Virus record (IMG/VR): IMGVR_UViG_3300043372_000028 | Direction: 5' to 3' (one strand) | DNA: 34,890 nucleotides | Source of the DNA: a virus | In this document: positions 17,823 through 26,292 of the stretch, piece by piece | Position numbering within the stretch: position 1 is the first letter of the stretch | Layout of the letters: each line of letters starts with the position of its first letter | Program-made: the position numbers and the translations under genes | Notes under the pieces: generated by a model | What the model saw: only the letters and a program-made list of their open reading frames with translations | The model's database searches: none | What the model was told of the DNA's origin: nothing

Positions 17823-18181
17823 TGGAGGACTTCTGGCGGTTGGCACAACACATCGAAGCCGCCTTAGAATACTCGGAAGGCACTCATACTCTTGAAGATG
17901 TTGCGCAGGGTGTTGAGGAAGGAAGGTTCCAGCTTTGGCCTGGAGCCAAAAGCGCAGTCATAACTGAGATCATTGTCTATCCGCGACTCAAGAATCTGCA
18001 TTATTTTCTTGCTGGCGGCGACCTAGATGAACTCAAGCTGATGCGACCATACATCGAGGCTTGGGGTAAGCAGATTGGTTGCACGCGAGTTACCTTGGCT
18101 GGCCGTAAAGGTTGGGCAAGGACATTTTTGCAAGATGAAGGATATGTCCCTAAATGGCATATTTTGTCTAAGGAGTTGTGA
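17822..18181 (+). CDS. Hypothetical protein
   Basis: 119 aa from ATG 17822 (TAATG junction). The ORF track's start at 17771 overlaps the upstream gene. Confidence 0.55.
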   Translation: MEDFWRLAQHIEAALEYSEGTHTLEDVAQGVEEGRFQLWPGAKSAVITEIIVYPRLKNLHYFLAGGDLDELKLMRPYIEAWGKQIGCTRVTLAGRKGWARTFLQDEGYVPKWHILSKEL

Positions 18182-18182
18182 T

Positions 18183-19244
18183 ATGAGTCTAGGTGGTCAA
18201 AATGCATCTCCATCAGTGATTGTGTACGGTCCTGATGGGACGGCGTATGGTAGTCCTGCGGATGCTGCTGCCGCTGGCGTGAGAAACGCCACTATGTCGC
18301 AGCCTATTGGCGTTCCAGATAACCAATATGTACCTATGCAGGTTCCTACGCCTCAATACTACACTCCTCCAGCATATCAACCCTACACGCCAGTTGCTGC
18401 GCCACTACCTAATATCCCAACTCAACCATCTGGTGGGCGTAATCGTTATGCAGAGATCATGGCGAATTACCAGCAAGCGCAGCCTAGTATTCCTCCTAGC
18501 TACACCGGAGGGTTCACGCCGTATCAGCCTACAGTGCCGACTCCACCACCTGTAGTAGATCAACCACCACCAGGTGGACTTCTTACTGGCGGTGGCGGCG
18601 GTGGTGGGCGTGGCGTATCCTCTGATGGAGAACCAGGAGAAGGGTTTAACTCAACAAGCGAAGGCGCGTATAACGTATCTCAGTTTGGAAAAAATTTAAG
18701 CTATGTATCTCCTTTATATGGCGGTTTGATTGGTATGTACGGGAATTATTTAGCAAGCCAAGTAGACCCTAATTACAGCAATGAAGGAAAAAACTATCCT
18801 GCTCCCACTGGCGGGTTTGTCAGCACACCAGACACGCAAGCAGTTCAAAGCGCCATTAACAGCACTGACTTTTCTGGGATGGACAGAGGCAGCATTTCAT
18901 CACCACCAAGTACACCAGACACGCAAGCAGTTCGGGATGCCATTAACAGCACTGACTTTTCTGGAATGGATAGGGGCGGTGGTGGTGGTGACCGTAGTAA
19001 CAGCAACCCTGGAGACCCAGGACGTGGAGGTGGTGGAGCGCATTTAGCCAAAGGCGGTTATGTCTCCATGCAGCACTTAGGAGGCCCAGACCCAAAGGGT
19101 CCAGATGACGGTTACGCCGCGCTCAAGGATGGCGAGTTTGTCATCAACGACAAGGCGGTAAAAAAATACGGTATCGAGTTGATGAACGCTATTAACTCGG
19201 GCAAGATTTCAAAGGGTAAGCTGATTGGCTTGCTCGAAATGTAA
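18183..19244 (+). CDS. Pro/Gly-rich low-complexity protein, putative internal virion/ejection protein
   Basis: 353 aa from ATG 18183. P/Y/Q-rich N-terminal half, a G7 run, a 29-aa tandem duplication, and a more ordered C-terminus, GEFVINDKAVKKYGIELMNAINSGK. Confidence 0.55.
   Translation: MSLGGQNASPSVIVYGPDGTAYGSPADAAAAGVRNATMSQPIGVPDNQYVPMQVPTPQYYTPPAYQPYTPVAAPLPNIPTQPSGGRNRYAEIMANYQQAQPSIPPSYTGGFTPYQPTVPTPPPVVDQPPPGGLLTGGGGGGGRGVSSDGEPGEGFNSTSEGAYNVSQFGKNLSYVSPLYGGLIGMYGNYLASQVDPNYSNEGKNYPAPTGGFVSTPDTQAVQSAINSTDFSGMDRGSISSPPSTPDTQAVRDAINSTDFSGMDRGGGGGDRSNSNPGDPGRGGGGAHLAKGGYVSMQHLGGPDPKGPDDGYAALKDGEFVINDKAVKKYGIELMNAINSGKISKGKLIGLLEM
18825..18977 (+). repeat. In-frame tandem duplication, 87-bp period
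   Basis: acaccagacacgcaagcagtt...ttaacagcactgacttttctgg starts at 18825 and again at 18912. It encodes TPDTQAV(Q/R)(S/D)AINSTDFSGMDRG twice. Confidence 0.85.
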
Positions 19245-19254
19245 GGAGAACGAT

Positions 19255-20958
19255 ATGTCTAAAGGCGGCGGCAGCACAACTTCAACAACATCCATTGACC
19301 CTGATCTGAAGAAGGCTTATCTAGCCAACATCGGCCAGGCTCAGAGCGTGGCTGGTGCATTACCAGTACGGCAATTTGCTGGGTTTAATCCGCTATACAC
19401 GGCGGGTGAAGAGCAACTAATCAATACAGGCCTTGGTGGACCAGGTATCCAGTCAGTTGACCAGGCTGCATATCAAACTGCTCAAGCTGGAGGCTACCAA
19501 CCTCAGATGGTTGGAGGAATTAGCGGTGGACCGGCGGCAATGGCTGGTGCAACTGGTTACCAAGCATCTAATTTTGGTGGAGCGCAAACAGGACCAGCAT
19601 CAATGGCCGGTGCAATGGGTTATCAGGCAGCTAACTTTGGTGGAGCGCAAACTGGACCGGCAGCACTTGCACGTTCACAAGGTTATCAGGCAGCTAATTT
19701 TGCTGGAGCGCAAACAGGCCCAGCAGCATTAGCTGGCGCAATGGGTTATGGTGCAAGTGACGTTAATGCGGCGCAAGCAAACATGGGTGACATTGGGCGC
19801 TACATGAACCCTTACTCGCAAAACGTCACTCAAAATGCTTTGTCTGATTTAGAGAAACAACGTCAAAAATCCTTGCTTCAAATTTCACAGCAAGCCGGTG
19901 CTGCAAAAGCATTTGGTGGATCGCGCCAAGGAGTTGCAGAGGCACAAACCAACATTGGATATGGGACTGAGGCTGGCAATTTATCGTCAAAATTAAATGA
20001 GCAGGCTTACAACAATGCTATGGCTGCGCAGCAGCAAGACCTTGCACGCCAACAGCAAGCTGCAATGCAGAATGCTGCGCAACGTACATCTGCCTCACAG
20101 TTTGGCGCTGGTGCAGCAAACCAAGCTGCATTGGTAAATGCCGCTGCTAAAAATGCAATGGCTCAATTCAATACTGGCAATTTGCAGCAAGCCGGTTTGA
20201 GTAATGCAGCATCACAAAATGCTGCCTCACAGTTTGGCGCTGGTGCAGCGAACCAGGCTGCACTAACTAATGCCGCTGCTCAAAATGCAATGTCTCAATT
20301 CAATACTGGAAATCTACAACAGGCCGGTTTGAGTAATGCAGCATCACAAAATGCAGCTTCACAATTTGGTGCTGGTGCAGCAAACCAGGCTGCATTGACT
20401 AATGCCGCTGCTCAAAACACAATGGCTCAATTCAATACTGGAAATCTACAACAAGCCGGTTTGACTAACATGGCCGCACGAAATGCAGCATCACAGTTTG
20501 GAGCTGGTGCAGCAAATCAAGCTGCATTGACTAATGCTGGTGCTCAAAACTCAATGAATCAGTTCAATGCGGGACTCGCGCAGCAGTCTGCACTGGCTAA
20601 CCAAAACATTGGGCTTGCTGGCGCTCAGTTTAGGCTTGGCGCTGCAAACCAGTTGGGTAATCTTGGAACTCAGCAGCAGGGTCTGCGAATGAGTGGTGCG
20701 CAAGCAGCAATGCAAGCTGGAAGTGCGCGTCAGCAGTTGGAGCAGGCTCAGATGGATGCAATGCGCAACATCGGTATGGAGAAACTGGGGATTTCATCTG
20801 GCGCTCTTTCCGGTCAGCTACCCAACCTTGGTATGACTCAGACGCAACCGTACTACCGTAACCAGGTTGGTGGTGCTTTGGGTGGTGCTGCTGCTGGTTA
20901 CCAATTTGGTGGACCAATTGGCGCTGGTATCGGCGGTCTGCTTGGATACTTTGGATAA
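19255..20958 (+). CDS. Q/N/A/G-rich repeat protein, putative internal virion/ejection protein
   Basis: 567 aa from ATG 19255, with AAGGAGA RBS. It carries two different tandem repeat arrays and a glycine-rich hydrophobic C-terminus, GGALGGAAAGYQFGGPIGAGIGGLLGYFG. Confidence 0.55.
   Translation: MSKGGGSTTSTTSIDPDLKKAYLANIGQAQSVAGALPVRQFAGFNPLYTAGEEQLINTGLGGPGIQSVDQAAYQTAQAGGYQPQMVGGISGGPAAMAGATGYQASNFGGAQTGPASMAGAMGYQAANFGGAQTGPAALARSQGYQAANFAGAQTGPAALAGAMGYGASDVNAAQANMGDIGRYMNPYSQNVTQNALSDLEKQRQKSLLQISQQAGAAKAFGGSRQGVAEAQTNIGYGTEAGNLSSKLNEQAYNNAMAAQQQDLARQQQAAMQNAAQRTSASQFGAGAANQAALVNAAAKNAMAQFNTGNLQQAGLSNAASQNAASQFGAGAANQAALTNAAAQNAMSQFNTGNLQQAGLSNAASQNAASQFGAGAANQAALTNAAAQNTMAQFNTGNLQQAGLTNMAARNAASQFGAGAANQAALTNAGAQNSMNQFNAGLAQQSALANQNIGLAGAQFRLGAANQLGNLGTQQQGLRMSGAQAAMQAGSARQQLEQAQMDAMRNIGMEKLGISSGALSGQLPNLGMTQTQPYYRNQVGGALGGAAAGYQFGGPIGAGIGGLLGYFG
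19555..19746 (+). repeat. About 3 x 63-bp in-frame tandem repeat
   Basis: Units start at 19555, 19618 and 19681, with a partial unit at 19744. They encode GYQA(S/A)NF(G/A)GAQTGPA(S/A)(M/L)A..(M/Q). Confidence 0.85.
20092..20600 (+). repeat. About 3.8 x 132-bp in-frame tandem repeat
   Basis: Units start at 20092, 20224, 20356 and 20488. They encode SQFGAGAANQAALTNAAAQNAMAQFNTGNLQQAGLSNAASQNAA with a few substitutions. Confidence 0.9.
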
Positions 20959-20968
20959 GGAGAACAAG

Positions 20969-22327
20969 ATGGCATACCCGTACGATTCATTTGAAGATAC
21001 TTACCCTGATCTATTTCAGAAAGCACGACAATCGCAGACATTTGAGCAGGCTTACCCTGACCTGTTTCAGCAGCAAGCTGCACCACGCCGCACACTCGGC
21101 CTGCTGGGTGATATGTTTGGCGGTGCATCCGCGCTGGACGAGTACATGACGCCAGAGCAAAAGGCGCAGCTACAGAACCAGGGCGTAATGGCAGCGGCCA
21201 TGCAACTGCTTGCATCGTCAGGCCCGAGCCGCACGCCTGTTGGACTCGGACAGGCGCTTGGGCAGGCTTATGGTGCTGGTCAGCAGGGCTACACGGCAGC
21301 GCAGCAGAATCTGCTACAGAGCATGACGATGAAGCAGAAGATGGACGAGGCTAAAGCCGCAAAGAGTATGCAGGCCAATGTGTCAGGTTTCCTGTCTCAG
21401 AAAGCACCGGAAGGTGTTGACGCCAATGCATTCAAGGCGCAGCAGTACATGAAGCTGGCAGACGTTTACGCTGCAACCAACCCTGACCAGGCCAACAAGT
21501 TCTTTGATATGGCGCAGAAGCTGATGCCTGCGAAAGAAGCTACGCCTGATGACATCAAGAAGCTACAGGCTTTGAATCTGCCCGTCACACTTGAAAACTT
21601 GCAATCATTGAAGCAAGAGGCATCACCTGTTGAGGTGAGACTTTTGAAAGAACTAAATTTGCCGTTAACTTTTGATAACGTCGTTAAATTGCGTCAAGCT
21701 GGTGCAGCGCAAACTAGCGTTAAAGTTGACACTGGTGACAAAACAAGAGCCGTTGAAATCAATAAGGACATTGTTGCTCAAATGGGGACAATGACAGATC
21801 AAGCTAGGTCTGCCAACGAGACCCTGATGAATGTGGATAGGATTCTTCCAGCACTCAGCGGGGCTATTACCGGACCATTGGCAGACTACCGTACTACTCT
21901 AACGCGAGTAGGCCAGCAGTTTGGCATTGTTGGCAAAGACGCCAACGAGGTTCTTGCTAAGACTCAGACTTTGGTGCAGGGACTTGCGCAGCAGGAACTT
22001 ACAGCAGCCGGTCAGATGAAGGGCCAGGGCGCTATCACTGCACCAGAGCGTGAATTGCTACGTCGTGCAGCGGTTGGAGATCAGAACTTAACTGCTGCTG
22101 AGTTGCAGACTGCATTGCAGACTGCTCAGAAGGTGGCGCAATATCGTATTGGTCAGCATCAGCAGTATCTAAATAAATTCTCTGCATTACCTGGTGCGGA
22201 GCAATATGTACCTTTCTACAGTGTTACGCCATACCAAGCAACTGGTGGCGGTAATCCAATGCAAAGTGCAATTGATGCTGAGTTACAGCGACGCGCTCAG
22301 ACACAACGTGGAGGTGGAATGCGATGA
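20969..22327 (+). CDS. Putative internal virion protein
   Basis: 452 aa from ATG 20969, with AAGGAGA RBS. The ORF track's start at 20867 overlaps the previous gene. The motif YPDLFQ occurs twice near the N-terminus. A/Q-rich. Confidence 0.5.
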   Translation: MAYPYDSFEDTYPDLFQKARQSQTFEQAYPDLFQQQAAPRRTLGLLGDMFGGASALDEYMTPEQKAQLQNQGVMAAAMQLLASSGPSRTPVGLGQALGQAYGAGQQGYTAAQQNLLQSMTMKQKMDEAKAAKSMQANVSGFLSQKAPEGVDANAFKAQQYMKLADVYAATNPDQANKFFDMAQKLMPAKEATPDDIKKLQALNLPVTLENLQSLKQEASPVEVRLLKELNLPLTFDNVVKLRQAGAAQTSVKVDTGDKTRAVEINKDIVAQMGTMTDQARSANETLMNVDRILPALSGAITGPLADYRTTLTRVGQQFGIVGKDANEVLAKTQTLVQGLAQQELTAAGQMKGQGAITAPERELLRRAAVGDQNLTAAELQTALQTAQKVAQYRIGQHQQYLNKFSALPGAEQYVPFYSVTPYQATGGGNPMQSAIDAELQRRAQTQRGGGMR

Positions 22328-24303
22328 GCGATGGACTAGGCCAATTCACTGACGAGCAGTTACGCAAGGCGCAGGCCGGTGACTTATCCGGTTTCACTAC
22401 AGAGCAACTTATGGCACTACGCGCTGCGCTGGCTACACCGGCAGCAGCACCAATGGCGCAGCAAACGCAAGCACCGGTTGAGCCGCAGCGGATGCGCTCT
22501 ATGGCGCAGGGTCTGCTGCTGGGTGGAGCTGACGAGGCAGAGGCGTATCTGAGATCAATGGCCGGTGAGAACTACGACGCTGCACTTGCAGACATTAGGA
22601 AAAAGACTGAGGCGTACCAGCAGGCAGAGCCAGGCGCTGCACTTGGATATGAAGTCGCAGGCGGGTTGCTGCCAACTGCTGCCACCATGCTGATGCCTGG
22701 TGCGCAGGCCGCTGCACCGGCAGCCATAGCGCGTACAGCGCCAATGATGGCGAGATTGGGCGGTATGGCCGCTAGGGGCGCAGGAATCGGTGGAGTGACA
22801 GCGTTTAACACCGGAGAGAGTGACGTGATAGACAGACTATCTCGCGTACCTATGGGTGCAGCGGTTGGCGCTGTAGCGGCTCCAGTTGTGTCTGGCGTTA
22901 TTGGTGGTGGTGGTTTTGTCGTTGATAAGCTGATGGACTCGGCGCGTCGCCTTACCGGTGACCGTGGCGCGAAGATCGTTGAGACTGAAATTCAGCGCAT
23001 TGTCAGAGAGTCAGGGATGACGCCAGAGCAAGTTGTGCAGGGCATTGTCAGCGGCAACATCATGGCCGAGAACGCAACCATGTCGATGGCAGTACGCGGT
23101 ATGTACGCAAAAGGTGGAGAGGCCGCCATAACCATCCAGAAGGGCATCCAGGATCGTCCTGATATGTTGCGTGGCCTGGCAGTGTCTGAGATGCAGCAGA
23201 GGCTTGCCGGTCAACCTGGCAACGTCATGGCGCAGTACAAACTGTCTGACGCTGCCGCAAAGCAGGTCGAAGAAGAGGCGTACAAAAATGCCTTTGGCAA
23301 GGGTGGCGTCATATCCCCATTGCTGCTGTCTGGGTTGACAGATTCGCTCAAGCGTTCACCACAGTCGGTGAAGAACATCAACGAGTTGTATGTTGCACAG
23401 ACCGGCAAGAAACCATTCTTCTCATTCAACGCATCTGGCGATGTTGAGTTCAGTCGCGCACCTACGCTTGAAGATGCCGAGATTATTCGCCGTGGCATTC
23501 AAGAATCAGTCAATGAGGCTTATACCGGTGGCCGTGGCGCTGTAGGTGAGGCGCTTAAGAATGTTGAAAGTTCACTACGCGCCAATATCGACAACTCCTC
23601 CAAGGCGCTTGCAGATGCACGCGCCCAGGCTGCTGCACGACGCTCTACCCGTGACGCATTCAACGAAGGGCGCAAGATATTTGGCAAGAGCGCGGATGAA
23701 ATTGAAATCTACTTTAATGACCTGATAAGCGACCCAGCATCAGTAAGCGCATTGCGTGCTGGTGTTATGGACGCGCTGCGAAATAAGATGAGCACCGGCC
23801 AGCGTTCATCCATGATGGCGACACTCGCAAACCCTGAGTCTAAAGAGGGGCGAATCCTACGCACCATTTACCCACAAGATGACTTACAGGGAATATTGTC
23901 TAGGCTTGAACTGGCGGCGCAATCTCAGCGCACTAAGAATGTGGTCCTAGGCGGTTCAAGCACCGCGCCTACTCAGGGCCAGGCTGCCAGAGTAGGGATG
24001 GACATCTCAGCAGAAGAGTTGATGAACATCACCAACCCCATGACGGCCATGCGGGTGCTGGGTAAGTTCATTAACAAAGAGGCTCCGAACCTCAATGAAG
24101 AGCAGCGCAATGCAGTCGCCAAGGTAATGGTGTCTAGCGATCCGCAACTGGTGCAGAAGGCCATAACTGACAATAGCGCAATGGCATTGCTTCAGCAAAA
24201 AATTAATACCGCCGTTAAGCTGATTGGTACACAAGCTGGGCGACGTGCTGCTTACATGGGTGGCCAAGGGATACCTAATAGTGGCGGACTACTTGGGGAT
24301 TGA
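22324..24303 (+). CDS. Putative internal virion protein (largest, 659 aa)
   Basis: ATGA overlap at 22324. Ala/Gly-rich hydrophobic stretches at roughly residues 100-190. It is the last gene of the late block. Confidence 0.5.
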   Translation: MSDGLGQFTDEQLRKAQAGDLSGFTTEQLMALRAALATPAAAPMAQQTQAPVEPQRMRSMAQGLLLGGADEAEAYLRSMAGENYDAALADIRKKTEAYQQAEPGAALGYEVAGGLLPTAATMLMPGAQAAAPAAIARTAPMMARLGGMAARGAGIGGVTAFNTGESDVIDRLSRVPMGAAVGAVAAPVVSGVIGGGGFVVDKLMDSARRLTGDRGAKIVETEIQRIVRESGMTPEQVVQGIVSGNIMAENATMSMAVRGMYAKGGEAAITIQKGIQDRPDMLRGLAVSEMQQRLAGQPGNVMAQYKLSDAAAKQVEEEAYKNAFGKGGVISPLLLSGLTDSLKRSPQSVKNINELYVAQTGKKPFFSFNASGDVEFSRAPTLEDAEIIRRGIQESVNEAYTGGRGAVGEALKNVESSLRANIDNSSKALADARAQAAARRSTRDAFNEGRKIFGKSADEIEIYFNDLISDPASVSALRAGVMDALRNKMSTGQRSSMMATLANPESKEGRILRTIYPQDDLQGILSRLELAAQSQRTKNVVLGGSSTAPTQGQAARVGMDISAEELMNITNPMTAMRVLGKFINKEAPNLNEEQRNAVAKVMVSSDPQLVQKAITDNSAMALLQQKINTAVKLIGTQAGRRAAYMGGQGIPNSGGLLGD

Positions 24304-24660
24304 GTAAAAAGCTGCCATCAGCGGATCAACCTTGATCTTCCTGCGCTTGCCACGCTCACGCGCCAGACGAAAATCTTTCTCCTCCTGGGACTCACGCTCA
24401 CGCACCCGCTGCACGCGCTCATATCCTGAGTAAGCTGGTGGACGTGGGGCGTCGGTCCCTATCCCCCAGGCATAGACACGGGCAATCGTCCCCTTGGTGC
24501 GGGACCAGCCTGCAACGTAGACCTGGCCGCGCTCATGCATCCTCTTCACGTTGTACATCACCGCACGCTCGGACAGGAACACGGCAACGGCCAACTCCAC
24601 GCAAGTCATGGGGCGCTTTCTGAGCGCCTGCTCAATCTGCTTTAGGCGGGTGGGCTTCAT
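24289..24660 (-). CDS. Winged-helix DNA-binding protein (possible transcriptional regulator)
   Basis: 123 aa. MTCVELAVAVFLSERAVMYNVKRMHERGQVYVAGW looks like an HTH plus wing, with a basic C-terminal tail. It is the only minus-strand gene here, and its 3' end overlaps the last late gene by 15 nt. Confidence 0.55.
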   Translation of the reverse strand: MKPTRLKQIEQALRKRPMTCVELAVAVFLSERAVMYNVKRMHERGQVYVAGWSRTKGTIARVYAWGIGTDAPRPPAYSGYERVQRVRERESQEEKDFRLARERGKRRKIKVDPLMAAFYSIPK

Positions 24661-24710
24661 GTCTATTACATCAATAAGTGTTAGATTCCACGCAACTTTG
24701 TGGAGTCACC

Positions 24711-25679
24711 ATGCAACCTAAAGTTTCCCGAGAAGAGTTTATCAAGGTTTGGAACCGCAGCGGTTCTGCCTCTGAAGTGGCAAAGCATCTGGATATTTCT
24801 GAGCGTTCTGTGCATAACCGTCGGCGCAGGATAGAGAAAGATTCAAACCAGCCCCTTGTCAGTGCCAGTGAACGAGCCAAGGCGTATGCGCATATGCAGC
24901 CCATACAGACCTCACTCAATCGTGTTGACTTAGGCATACTCGACCAGACCATAATCGTTTTCAGTGACGCGCACTTCTGGCCTGGCGAGTACACCACCGC
25001 CTACCGTGGCCTGCTTTGGGCAATCAAGGAAATCAAACCGCACGTTGTTATCAGCAATGGAGATGCATTCGACGGGGCTACTATCAGCAGGCACGACCCG
25101 CTGGGATGGTCCAAGACTCCAAGCGTTATCGAAGAACTGAAGGCGGTGCAGGCTCACCTTGGCGAGATCGAGGAGACGGCCAAGGCAGCTAGGCACAATG
25201 TAAAGCTGCTGTTTACATGGGGCAACCACGACACGCGCTTTGCAAACAAGCTGGCGTCCCAGGCTCCTCAGTACCGTGAGGTGCATGGGTTTAAGCTGCA
25301 GGACCATCTCCCAGCATGGGAGTTTGCCTGGTCTGTTTGGCCTACACCGGACTGCATCATCAAGCACCGCTATCGCTCCGGCGTCCACGCCGCGCACAAC
25401 AACACTGTCAACGCCGGTATATCTATTGTCACCGGCCATCTGCACTCGCTGAAGGTGACGCCATTTGCTGATTACAAGGGCAACAGGTATGGCGTTGATA
25501 CTGGAACGCTTGCCGAAACCTATGGCCCACAGTTTGATTATGGCGAAGGAAACCCGCTGAACCACCGGTCGGGATTTGCAGTCCTGACATTCAAAGGTGG
25601 TAGGATTTTGTGGCCTGAGTTGGTTCATAAGTGGGCAGACGATCAGGTAGAGTTTCGCGGTCAAATCATCAACGTTTAA
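24711..25679 (+). CDS. HTH domain fused to a calcineurin-like metallophosphoesterase
   Basis: ATG 24711 with GGAG 5 nt upstream. N-terminal ASEVAKHLDISERSVHNRRRRI (HTH). Metallophosphoesterase motifs in order: FSDAHF (DxH), NGDAFDG (GDxxD), GNHD, GHLH. Confidence 0.75.
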   Translation: MQPKVSREEFIKVWNRSGSASEVAKHLDISERSVHNRRRRIEKDSNQPLVSASERAKAYAHMQPIQTSLNRVDLGILDQTIIVFSDAHFWPGEYTTAYRGLLWAIKEIKPHVVISNGDAFDGATISRHDPLGWSKTPSVIEELKAVQAHLGEIEETAKAARHNVKLLFTWGNHDTRFANKLASQAPQYREVHGFKLQDHLPAWEFAWSVWPTPDCIIKHRYRSGVHAAHNNTVNAGISIVTGHLHSLKVTPFADYKGNRYGVDTGTLAETYGPQFDYGEGNPLNHRSGFAVLTFKGGRILWPELVHKWADDQVEFRGQIINV

Positions 25680-25689
25680 GGACTTCACC

Positions 25690-25962
25690 ATGTATTCATT
25701 CACATTTATCATCAACAATTCCACCGAAGTAGAAATCAACAGCGATCACGAATCATTGGTTGACTGCTTTCAAGATGGCGAAGAGTACGAGTACGACGAC
25801 GAGGCAGATTGCTACTGCTGGTACGACGCTGAGTACGACGCTTGGTACTGGCTCAACGAAGAGACCGGAGAGTGGCTCCTGGTCGAAGACGACGAGGCAG
25901 ATTGGGGCGACGACGAAGAAGAGTACGACGACGAAGAGGAAGAAGAAGCCGAGGCTGCTTAA
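25690..25962 (+). CDS. Hyper-acidic small protein
   Basis: 90 aa. By my count 37 residues are D/E and none are K/R. There are also 5 Trp and 8 Tyr. Confidence 0.65.
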   Translation: MYSFTFIINNSTEVEINSDHESLVDCFQDGEEYEYDDEADCYCWYDAEYDAWYWLNEETGEWLLVEDDEADWGDDEEEYDDEEEEEAEAA

Positions 25963-26150
25963 ACCGAAATCAGCGCCAAGGCATCGTTCACAGATGCCTG
26001 TATTTGAGACACGGCCTGCTCAAAAGGTAGGCCGTGTTTTCTATTTAAGCGCAGCACTTCATTAATCTCTTGCAGGGTCTGCCAGGCGTAGCCCGAGTAG
26101 ATCGCTTTGATCGCCTCCTGTTCGTCTTGGAATGTTGCTGTAATCTGCAT
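25959..26150 (-). CDS. Hypothetical protein
   Basis: 63 aa. A good RBS (aagaggtgaaga) lies directly upstream of ATG 26150. Confidence 0.55.
   Translation of the reverse strand: MQITATFQDEQEAIKAIYSGYAWQTLQEINEVLRLNRKHGLPFEQAVSQIQASVNDALALISV
26009..26040 (+). terminator. Candidate plus-strand rho-independent terminator
   Basis: Perfect 9-bp stem acacggcct / aggccgtgt with an 11-nt loop, followed by ttttctattt. It lies inside the convergent minus-strand ORF 25959..26150. Confidence 0.5.
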
Positions 26151-26292
26151 TCTTCACCTCTTTGAGTTTTACTCTCTCCATCGTCGAGAACCGGTGTCCG
26201 TTCGCGCACTCATACCGGCGATAAACTTCGTTGTCGTATTTGTGCCGCGTCTCGAGCACGCGGGTCCATGCTTTACAGGTTTCGCAAATCAT
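26062..26292 (-). CDS. Zinc-ribbon protein (resembles the NrdR N-terminal ribbon)
   Basis: MICETCKAWTRVLETRH...RRYECANGHRFSTMERV carries CxxC ... CxxxH. ATGA overlap with the upstream gene. The 3' 89 nt overlap the next ORF in another frame. Confidence 0.5.
   Translation of the reverse strand: MICETCKAWTRVLETRHKYDNEVYRRYECANGHRFSTMERVKLKEVKNADYSNIPRRTGGDQSDLLGLRLADPARD

Noticed and set aside
19555-20600. Regular tandem repeats that might look like a CRISPR array or satellite
   Set aside because: The units are directly adjacent with no unique spacers. Their periods are multiples of 3 (63 and 132 bp), and they lie in frame within a long ORF, so they are coding repeats.
24930-25739. 269-aa minus-strand ORF antisense to the HTH-phosphoesterase gene
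   Set aside because: The plus strand carries the complete ordered metallophosphoesterase motif set, and the antisense product has no recognisable features.
25760-26065. Basic alternative-frame ORFs (101 aa and 62 aa) overlapping the hyper-acidic gene
   Set aside because: GAN-rich acidic codon runs read as K/R/T-rich strings in shifted frames. These are compositional mirror images with no independent support.
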